A stretch of 64,000 nucleotides of DNA. Source: Anaerolineales bacterium. GTDB taxonomy: Bacteria; Chloroflexota; Anaerolineae; Anaerolineales; UBA11858. This document shows positions 54,806 to 64,000 of this stretch, piece after piece. A model generated the notes under the pieces. It was not told the origin of the DNA and did no database searches. It saw only the letters and a program-made list of their open reading frames with translations. The stretch spans positions 8,154-72,153 of the forward strand of contig JAGXKM010000001.1 in the NCBI GenBank assembly GCA_018335275.1, written 5' to 3'. Position 1 is the stretch's first letter. The number at the start of each line of letters is the position of its first letter. The position numbers and the translations under genes are program-made.

Positions 54806-55921
54806 TTAGAATAAGTTCATGCCCAGGAGATAATTCGCCAAGGAAGGATACAACAAACCAAAGACAGTAAATGCCAGGATCAAGATCAGACTTAAAAGTG
54901 CCAATAAAGCAAGGCATCCACCTCGAAACCTTTCCGCCCGGGATGGGGAGGATGATCCATTTTCATTCTTCACCAAAAGGGAAGAGGACTTTTCCTGCTC
55001 GTGGTCACCTAAATCTTTTGTGATGATCCGGGGAGGGCTGGAACCCTCCTGAGCCTCTCCTTCCCTTTCCTTTACTTCATCCCGGGGCCTGCTGAAGTTG
55101 AGTGAGAACCGCCCGCTCTGCGCTTTCAACAATTCATTTTTAAACTCTGCTGCCAATTGGAAGCGGTTCCCGGGGTGGACCTCAAGGGCCTTCTCAATGG
55201 CATCCGCCACTCTCCGGGAAACTTTAGGGTTCCGCTCCCGGACAGGGGTCAACTCCTCCTGATCCATTGTTCGCGCCAGGCTGTCCTCAGGCGTGATCCC
55301 TGTCAGGACTGTATATAAGGTTGCCCCCAAGGAGTAAATATCCGTCCTGGGATCTGTTCGAGCAGCCCCATACTGCTCGGGTGGAGAGAACCCCATAGTC
55401 ATCGCCCGGGCACCCGTTGAGGTCGTCTTATCTCCCTGGATGATCTTCGCCAGCCCAAAATCCACAAGATAAATTTCTTCTCGGGGCGTGATTCTGACGT
55501 TGCCTGGTTTGATATCACGGTGTAATACCACAGGATCGTGAGAGTGCATATAAGCAAGCGCGTCACAAATCGCGGCCCCGATCACAACCACTTCTTCTTC
55601 AGGGATGAACTGATAGCGCTCCATCCTTTCCTGAAGGTCCTCCCCCTCTACATAATCCATAATCAAGTATTGCCCCTGATCTTCCATGGAAAAGTGGTCT
55701 GTCACACGAGGCAGATTTCGATGCCGCAGACTGGCCAAGATGACCGCTTCCCGCTTAAACTGCCGGGTATAATCTTCGATGGTGAACAGATTCTCTTTTA
55801 CGGCAACCTCTACCCCCAGGTTCTCATCCACCGCACGGTAGATGGAACCCATCCCCCCCTGACCAAGGACTTCGATAATGCGGTATCGATCTTTAAGGAG
55901 AGAACCTTGATTGAGGGTCAT
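54806..55921 (-). CDS. Ser/Thr protein kinase with a C-terminal membrane anchor
   Basis: 371 aa with GQGGMGSIYRA, VAVKE, HRDIKPGN and DFGLAK, plus a C-terminal hydrophobic helix. Confidence 0.85.
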   Translation of the reverse strand: MTLNQGSLLKDRYRIIEVLGQGGMGSIYRAVDENLGVEVAVKENLFTIEDYTRQFKREAVILASLRHRNLPRVTDHFSMEDQGQYLIMDYVEGEDLQERMERYQFIPEEEVVVIGAAICDALAYMHSHDPVVLHRDIKPGNVRITPREEIYLVDFGLAKIIQGDKTTSTGARAMTMGFSPPEQYGAARTDPRTDIYSLGATLYTVLTGITPEDSLARTMDQEELTPVRERNPKVSRRVADAIEKALEVHPGNRFQLAAEFKNELLKAQSGRFSLNFSRPRDEVKEREGEAQEGSSPPRIITKDLGDHEQEKSSSLLVKNENGSSSPSRAERFRGGCLALLALLSLILILAFTVFGLLYPSLANYLLGMNLF

Positions 55922-56105
55922 AGGAAGAGATCACCCTGTTCAAAAATTGTATGGGCCTGCCTTCGCCCTGTGAAATGAAGAGTCAAACGCCCGCATTCCC
56001 CGGACTGCGCCCATCATCAAACATATATCTTCTGCAAGCAAGCACTCACCTAAAATCCAATCATAGCGAATCCCATCTCTACCTGCAAGCAAGACACAAG
56101 AAGCA

Positions 56106-58052
<1,947 letters not shown>

Positions 58053-58068
58053 TTACCGAAGAAAGCTA

Positions 58069-59091
58069 TCATGTTTGATTTCCCTGTTCGCCTTTTCCTA
58101 AAGGCATTTCCTTTTCCTTCCAAACGATGATTTCCTTCAACCATCGGGACATGTCCTGATAATAAACAAAACTGGCTGCCAACACTCCAGTAGTCACAAA
58201 AGCGTGACCGGTGACGCTGATCAACATCAACCAGGAATCTCCAGGGGCAACCTGCCATACGACATCCAATCCCTGGGTTATTAATATCGCCAGAATGATG
58301 AAAAAACCCGTCTGTAAAAATGATAGCCCGGTCATGCGGATGCTTTCATATACCGAACGCCAAGCTCTTTTCTTTCCTGTGAAAATGCCGTGAGGCGAGA
58401 AAAAAAGCGGAAACATCATCCACAGGTACAAGAAACTGAAAATGAGTAAAGCCCCTTGGGCAAGCAAGGTGTTCACAAGAGCCGCGCCCGTAATCAAGCA
58501 ACCCCCAAGTAAAGAGACTGCAAAAAACAAACCCAGCCAGATCAAACTCAGCAGCACAGTGTGCTTGATCAACCACGGCCCCCGGGCGATTACTTCGCGC
58601 CACCGGACACGATCATAAAGCGCAGCTTGACATACTGCCGCATAATAAATTACTCCCAAGACCATGCCCACTAACAGAAAACTGAGTACGAATAAAAAGG
58701 CATTTCCTGGACTTTCCACTTCCACAAACATGGGCTCACCAAGAGGGGTTGAAATCGGAAGTACCGAGCTCAATAAGCTAAAGATCCCCACCGGAAAAGA
58801 CCGAAGTGCGGCAACCAGATTCAACCTTTCCGCGAAAACCGTCCACATCTCCCGGCTGGCTGTTACGAGTTCTTCCAACTCCGGGTTGTCCAGGGTTGGA
58901 AAGGAGAAAAATCCCTTTATCAGCCCCTCCATTAACCCCTTAATCCGCATATGAGGGGCAAACCAGATGATTAAATCCAAGACGAGTGGAAACAAGATCA
59001 AGCCTATATGTTGTGTGATGGCATCAAATCCAATTCGTATTGATTTTAACGTTTTTGGGGGCTCAGGCATACGGTTTTCTTTACTCATCAT
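58069..59091 (-). CDS. Polytopic membrane protein, unknown function
   Basis: 340 aa with about 7 hydrophobic segments and no assignable motif. Confidence 0.5.
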   Translation of the reverse strand: MMSKENRMPEPPKTLKSIRIGFDAITQHIGLILFPLVLDLIIWFAPHMRIKGLMEGLIKGFFSFPTLDNPELEELVTASREMWTVFAERLNLVAALRSFPVGIFSLLSSVLPISTPLGEPMFVEVESPGNAFLFVLSFLLVGMVLGVIYYAAVCQAALYDRVRWREVIARGPWLIKHTVLLSLIWLGLFFAVSLLGGCLITGAALVNTLLAQGALLIFSFLYLWMMFPLFFSPHGIFTGKKRAWRSVYESIRMTGLSFLQTGFFIILAILITQGLDVVWQVAPGDSWLMLISVTGHAFVTTGVLAASFVYYQDMSRWLKEIIVWKEKEMPLGKGEQGNQT

Positions 59092-59223
59092 CGAACATTT
59101 ATTTTACCATACATGTGCGATCTTTTGGTCATCATCCCCCTTTCGTGGGCCACATCCAGGACGCAATCTTTCCCAGCAGCTAGTAACTCCCCCCTCTCTG
59201 CACTCCACACACAAAACATCAAC

Positions 59224-59253
59224 TTGTGAATAAGAATGAAAGGATGTTACAAT
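59224..59253 (+). promoter_or_regulatory. Promoter of the mtaD-CYTH operon
   Basis: TTGTGA (59224-59229), an 18-nt spacer, then TGtTACAAT (hexamer at 59248-59253). Confidence 0.45.
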
Positions 59254-59310
59254 CACATTTTAACAAAGTCTTGCAATCCCGAAAATCTTACATTCAAATA
59301 AGGAAGAAAA

Positions 59311-61296
59311 ATGAAACCCAAGATCGACCTTTTACTCACCAACGCGATCGTCCTCACCATGGACGAAGCGTTTAGAAAATACGATCATGGTGGTTTGGCT
59401 ATTCAGGGGGACCAGATCTATGCCGTGGGTTCCAGCGAGAAATTGAGGGAGGAATTCGAGGCTGATTCAGTGGTGGACTGCCAGGGAAAAGTAGTCATGC
59501 CCGGTCTGATCAACACCCATACTCATCTGGCCATGAACCTCCTGCGGGGGTTGGCTGATGACCTCCGGCTGGATGTCTGGCTGCTGGGATACATCATGCC
59601 TGTGGAGCGAGAATTTGTCTCCCCGGAATTTGTCAGGTTGGGAACCACCCTCGCCTGCGCGGAATTGATCCGATCCGGGGTGACCGCCTTTGCGGATATG
59701 TATTATTTTGAAGATCAAGTAGCCCAATCCGCGGCCGATGCTGGCCTGCGGGGGGTGTGTTCCCAGACCATCCTCAAATTCAAGGGCCCGGATGCCTCCA
59801 CGTACGAAGAAGCCCTTGATTCCGCGGAAACCTTGATCAAGAAATGGAAGGGGCATCCCCTGATCACCCCGGCTGTCGCCCCGCACGCAGCTTATACTTC
59901 CACAGAAGACATCTTAGCCTCCTCAAGAGAACTCGCGGTTTCTTCTGATGTCCCTCTCCACATCCACATCGCAGAGACCAGCAACGAGGTGGAAGAATGC
60001 ATCGAAAACTACGAAATGAGGGTCGTACACTATCTTGAAAAACAAGGATTGTTCTCGGCGAAAACGATCGCTGCCCACTGTGTCCACATTGATGAAAGCG
60101 AGATGCACACTTTAAATCACCACAATGTAGGTATCGCCCACAACCCGACTTCAAACCTCAAACTGGGATCAGGCATAGCCCCTGTACCGGCTATGTTGAA
60201 CGCTGGGTTAAATGTCGGCATCGGCACAGATGGGGTCTCTTCGAACAACGACTTGGATATGTTCGAAGAAATGCGTTTGGCCGCGCTGCTCGCTAAGGGA
60301 AACACAGGGGATCCAACGCTCCTTCCCGCTAAAACAGCCCTGGCAATGGCAACCAGGAGGGGAGCTGAAGCGATCCACATCGCCCACCAGACCGGTTCTT
60401 TGAGCGCCGGGAAGAAAGCGGATCTGATCATGGTCGATATTTCTACCTTGCATAATTCCCCCCGCTTCCATAATGACCCGGACGGCGTTTACGCCCAATT
60501 GGTCTATGCCGCGAAATCAACGGATGTCCAAGATGTTATGGTCAATGGTAAGTGGCTCATGCGGTCCCGAGAGTTATTGACTTTAGATGTGGAAGAGCTG
60601 CTCCCCAAAGCACAAAAAATCGCCGGGAAAATCGACCGATTCGTTTCCAAGCGCGAGCAGTCCGTTTACTCAAAGCTGATTGCGGTCGGAGGCGCAGTTG
60701 AACAAGAAAGTTATGAAGTACAGGCCAAGGTAAAAGTGGAAGACCCACAGGCTGTGATTAAAGCTCTGAAGAGTTCCGATTTGGAGATCATATACGACCG
60801 ACACTACCATGAGTATGACACGTATTTTGAATTCGAAGATTCGGAGGAGGGTTGGCTGCGGTACCGAGAAGATGAATTCATCAACGACCGAGGCGAGGTA
60901 TATGATATTCGATACCGTTTGACGCTTATTGGCCCGGAACGAGAACGAAAATTTCCCCAGGAAGTCCTCCTTTCCCGGAGCCGCTTCATCGCTCCTGCAT
61001 CCCACAGCCTCCGCTTTTACAGAGAATACTTCCAACCCACAGGAGAAACCTTTATTGAAAAAGACCGTTTGCGGTGGAAGGTCAGTTACCATGGAATCGA
61101 TTTTTACATTAATGTGGACCGCCTGGATGACCCAGATTTAGGCACATTCCTGGAGGTGAAAAGCCGAACATGGAGCCTCGAAGATGCGGAAAAAAAGTCG
61201 GAAATGGCAGATGATTTGCTCAACATCCTCGGCGTCTCCCCTCAAGAGCGCAGGACGGACGATTATGTCTTAATCGTTGAGTCAGAGTCAGCATGA
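59311..61296 (+). CDS. mtaD: Fusion: MTA/SAH deaminase (MtaD-type amidohydrolase) with a C-terminal CYTH (triphosphate tunnel) domain
   Basis: 661 aa. Residues 1 to about 440 have PGLINTHTHLAM, HIAET and GIGTDGVSSNNDLDM. The tail from about 455 has YEVQAKVKV, YDIRYRL and VDRLDDPDLGTFLEVKS, a CyaB/ThTPase-like pattern. Confidence 0.75.
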   Translation: MKPKIDLLLTNAIVLTMDEAFRKYDHGGLAIQGDQIYAVGSSEKLREEFEADSVVDCQGKVVMPGLINTHTHLAMNLLRGLADDLRLDVWLLGYIMPVEREFVSPEFVRLGTTLACAELIRSGVTAFADMYYFEDQVAQSAADAGLRGVCSQTILKFKGPDASTYEEALDSAETLIKKWKGHPLITPAVAPHAAYTSTEDILASSRELAVSSDVPLHIHIAETSNEVEECIENYEMRVVHYLEKQGLFSAKTIAAHCVHIDESEMHTLNHHNVGIAHNPTSNLKLGSGIAPVPAMLNAGLNVGIGTDGVSSNNDLDMFEEMRLAALLAKGNTGDPTLLPAKTALAMATRRGAEAIHIAHQTGSLSAGKKADLIMVDISTLHNSPRFHNDPDGVYAQLVYAAKSTDVQDVMVNGKWLMRSRELLTLDVEELLPKAQKIAGKIDRFVSKREQSVYSKLIAVGGAVEQESYEVQAKVKVEDPQAVIKALKSSDLEIIYDRHYHEYDTYFEFEDSEEGWLRYREDEFINDRGEVYDIRYRLTLIGPERERKFPQEVLLSRSRFIAPASHSLRFYREYFQPTGETFIEKDRLRWKVSYHGIDFYINVDRLDDPDLGTFLEVKSRTWSLEDAEKKSEMADDLLNILGVSPQERRTDDYVLIVESESA

Positions 61297-62165
61297 CCAA
61301 AGTCGCTCTTCTGGCAGATATCCACGCCAATTTCCCTGCCCTTCTGGCAGCTTCTGAACAAATCCAGCGCTGGAAACCAGATGCCGTCTATGTGCTCGGG
61401 GATTCCATCAACCGGGGTCCGCGACCCCGGGAATGCTGGCGCCATCTCGTGAAAATGCGCCGGGAACGGCATTGGAAACTTATTTATGGAAATCACGAGG
61501 ATTACGTCCTGAAGTTCGAGACCGAAGACGCTCCCCGATCAGGGCCCCGCTTTGAAATCCTCCAATTTGTCCACTGGACATATCAAAAACTTTCTCGGGA
61601 AGAGATCCAAACGCTCCGCAGTTTACCTGCCCAAATCGAGGAACATTTATCCACGGGTCAATATTTAAGGGCAGTACATGCTTCCATGGCAGGTTTACGG
61701 GCGGGTATCTACCCCCATACCCCACAAGAAAAAATACGCGAAATGATCCAACCCGCGCCTGATATCTTTTGCGTGGGCCATACCCATAAACCGCTTGCCC
61801 GCCAGATTGGACAGACACACGTCATCAACGCAGGCTCCGTTGGACTTCCTTTTGACGGCAATCCCCAACCGAGTTACGCAAAAATTTACACCACACTCGA
61901 TGAGGTAAGGGTGGAGATCTGCCGCTTTGATTATGATCGGTCGCAAGCTATCAAAGATTTCCATGAGACTCGTTTCCTGGATGAGGGCGGTCCCATGGTC
62001 AAGGTCATCTATCATGAATTATTATCAGCACAACCTCTCATCAACCGCTGGAACCAAAGTTATGAAGAGAAAGTCTTGAGTGGGGAATGCACGCTGGAGG
62101 AATCTGTAAAAGATTTCTTAAAAGGTATCCATATCCCCAAATTTTCCGCTGACCTTAAAGAATGA
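61293..62165 (+). CDS. Calcineurin-like metallophosphoesterase
   Basis: 290 aa with LADIHAN, LGDSINRGP, GNHEDY and GHTH. There is an ATGA overlap with the upstream stop. Confidence 0.8.
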   Translation: MTKVALLADIHANFPALLAASEQIQRWKPDAVYVLGDSINRGPRPRECWRHLVKMRRERHWKLIYGNHEDYVLKFETEDAPRSGPRFEILQFVHWTYQKLSREEIQTLRSLPAQIEEHLSTGQYLRAVHASMAGLRAGIYPHTPQEKIREMIQPAPDIFCVGHTHKPLARQIGQTHVINAGSVGLPFDGNPQPSYAKIYTTLDEVRVEICRFDYDRSQAIKDFHETRFLDEGGPMVKVIYHELLSAQPLINRWNQSYEEKVLSGECTLEESVKDFLKGIHIPKFSADLKE

Positions 62166-62189
62166 TCAAGCCAGAATGGTATACTGAGT

Positions 62190-62990
62190 ATGATGAATAA
62201 TGAAATAACCTCTTTCGCTGTTAAGGTAGCAAGAGAGACAGGAAACTTGCTGCAGGATTTCTTTCAACTCAACGGGGTAAAGAGCAGTCTAAAAGCTGAT
62301 CACTCCCTGGTAACACAGGCAGATTTAGAAGCCGATAAACTGATCCGAAAAGCCATCCATGAGAGTTATCCCCAAGATGGGATCCTCAGCGAAGAACAAA
62401 ATACATCATACCCGGGTGGACATTCTTGTGTCTGGGTGGTAGATCCATTGGATGGGACGACCAATTTCAGCCTCGGATTACATTATTGGGGTGTATCCAT
62501 CGCCCGCATCAGAGATGGTCACCCCCAGACGGCGGTCGTCTACTTCCCTATTGTGGACGAATTATATGCTGCTCAACGGGGGGAAGGATTGCTTCTCAAC
62601 GGGGTCAAGCACTTCATCCCAGAGGCACAGAAATACAAGCCCCAGTCATTTTTTGCACATTGTTCCAGGACTTTCCAACGATATCAAGTGAACATACCTT
62701 ACAAGACTCGCTCACTGGGCGCGGCCGCTTACCACATTTGCGCAGTCGCCAAGGGATCAGCCATTCTCGCCTTAGAAACCACTCCCAAACTTTGGGATAT
62801 CGCAGGAGCCTGGCTGGTGGTTAAAGAAGGGGGTGGTTCCATAACCACACTCAAGGGTGGAAAACCATTTCCTGCCGTCCCAGGCGTGGATTATCAAAAC
62901 AAACCTTTCGTCACGTTAGCGGCCGCAAACCCATCATTGTTGAAAAAGGCACAACAAGGACTTATTCCTAAAAATCCACATAGAACATAA
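62190..62990 (+). CDS. Inositol monophosphatase / CysQ-family phosphatase
   Basis: 266 aa with [16 protein letters not shown] and WDIAGA. Confidence 0.8.
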   Translation: MMNNEITSFAVKVARETGNLLQDFFQLNGVKSSLKADHSLVTQADLEADKLIRKAIHESYPQDGILSEEQNTSYPGGHSCVWVVDPLDGTTNFSLGLHYWGVSIARIRDGHPQTAVVYFPIVDELYAAQRGEGLLLNGVKHFIPEAQKYKPQSFFAHCSRTFQRYQVNIPYKTRSLGAAAYHICAVAKGSAILALETTPKLWDIAGAWLVVKEGGGSITTLKGGKPFPAVPGVDYQNKPFVTLAAANPSLLKKAQQGLIPKNPHRT

Positions 62991-62992
62991 AT

Positions 62993-63997
62993 ATGGAGGA
63001 AAACATGGAGTATCGATTTCTAGGTAAATCAGGTTTAAAAGTTTCCGCTCTCTCCTATGGTTCCTGGGTTACTTTTGGCTCCCAGATCGGGGTCGATGAA
63101 GCTCATGAAATGATGAGCATCGCTTATGAAGCCGGTGTTAACTTTTTCGACACCGCAGAAGTATACAGCAGCGGAGAAGCGGAAACGATCATGGGGAAGG
63201 TGATCAAAAAAGCGGGCTGGAAACGCTCTGACCTCGTCCTCTCCACCAAGATCTTCTGGGGTGGTGACGGCCCTAATGACCGCGGCCTGTCCCGTAAGCA
63301 CCTGATCGAAGGATTGGATGCTTCCCTGGAGCGCATGCAGACTGATTATGTTGACTTGCTATTTGCCCACCGGCCGGATAAGTTCACCCCCATAGAGGAA
63401 ACCGTTCGGGCCATGAATCACGTTATAGATCAGGGGAAAGCGTTCTATTGGGGGACAAGCATGTGGTCCGCTCAAGAGATCATGGAGGCTTACGCTGTGG
63501 CGCGACGAGAACACCTGATCCCCCCGCTCATGGAGCAGCCCCGGTACAACATGTTCCACCGGGAGCGCGTCGAAAAAGAATATCGCCGCCTCTATGAAGA
63601 AATTGGCCTGGGGACGACGATTTGGAGCCCCCTGGCAAGCGGTCTTCTGACTGGTAAGTACAACGAAGGGATCCCAAAGGATTCCAGGGCCAATGTGGAA
63701 GGGTATGATTGGTTGCGGGAGCGTTTCACGAGTGAAACCGCCCAACAAAATATAGAAAAAGTGAAAAAGATGATGCCCCTCGCGGAAGAAGTGGGATGCA
63801 CGATGGCGCAACTCGCCCTCGCCTGGTGCCTGGCCAACCCTCATGTCAGCACGGTGATCACAGGCGCTTCCAAACCTTCTCAGGTCGAGGAGAATATGAA
63901 AGCGATGGAAATCGTCGACAAACTTTCCCCCGATCTCCTGGAACGCATCGATGAGATCCTGGATAATAAACCGGATCTCCCCGGAGATTTTCGCTAG
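62993..63997 (+). CDS. Aldo/keto reductase (Kv-beta-like subgroup)
   Basis: 334 aa with [34 protein letters not shown] and ITGASK. Confidence 0.85.
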   Translation: MEENMEYRFLGKSGLKVSALSYGSWVTFGSQIGVDEAHEMMSIAYEAGVNFFDTAEVYSSGEAETIMGKVIKKAGWKRSDLVLSTKIFWGGDGPNDRGLSRKHLIEGLDASLERMQTDYVDLLFAHRPDKFTPIEETVRAMNHVIDQGKAFYWGTSMWSAQEIMEAYAVARREHLIPPLMEQPRYNMFHRERVEKEYRRLYEEIGLGTTIWSPLASGLLTGKYNEGIPKDSRANVEGYDWLRERFTSETAQQNIEKVKKMMPLAEEVGCTMAQLALAWCLANPHVSTVITGASKPSQVEENMKAMEIVDKLSPDLLERIDEILDNKPDLPGDFR

Positions 63998-64000
63998 TCA

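Overview
This is a 64 kb, densely coding stretch of a bacterial chromosome, mostly minus-strand, with GC in the mid-50s % by eye. There are no rRNA genes, CRISPR arrays, transposases or integrases. All family calls come from motif recognition on the supplied translations and my own reading of the DNA; nothing was searched. The domain fusions and gene content look Chloroflexota/Anaerolineae-like, but that is inference only.

Layout:
- (1) 1-6443: the nusA-ylxR-infB-rbfA-nrnA-truB operon, with a sigma70-type promoter and an intrinsic terminator inside the nusA leader. There is no rimP.
- (2) 6544-9174: a DHH/DHHA1-CBS-nucleotidyltransferase fusion.
- (3) 9384-11065: a mazG-like / LOG / HEAT-like three-gene unit.
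- (4) 11209-14972: promoter, TPP riboswitch and terminator, then thiN-thiB-thiP with no ATPase gene.
- (5) 15010-15163: tRNA-Asp(GTC) without an encoded CCA, with its own promoter and terminator.
- (6) 15604-24343: a secreted NBR1-like / triple Cys-bracketed-repeat protein, a 2030-aa thioester alpha-2-macroglobulin lipoprotein and a DNPH1-like hydrolase, all on the minus strand. An orphan ABC ATPase follows on the plus strand.
- (7) 25674-31275: housekeeping genes (DUF2085, MFS, htpG, folP).
- (8) 31285-54694: a long minus-strand nucleobase/ureide catabolic region. It holds a hydantoinase, two fold-type-II PLP enzymes flanking a GT2, two tandem BMP-family nucleoside-type ABC transporters, carbamate kinase, two non-canonical carbamoyltransferases, a HutC-type GntR regulator, adenine deaminase and an 8-oxoguanine-deaminase-like amidohydrolase. 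A promoter bracketed by two copies of a perfect palindromic operator heads it.
- (9) 54806-59091: a Ser/Thr kinase, gyrB and a membrane protein.
- (10) 59224-63997: an operon led by an MtaD-CYTH fusion.

The best candidates for something undescribed are the carbamoyltransferase pair with carbamate kinase (plus its operator-controlled context and the PLP-GT2-PLP tail), the MtaD-CYTH fusion operon, and the alpha-2-macroglobulin / triple-repeat protein pair.
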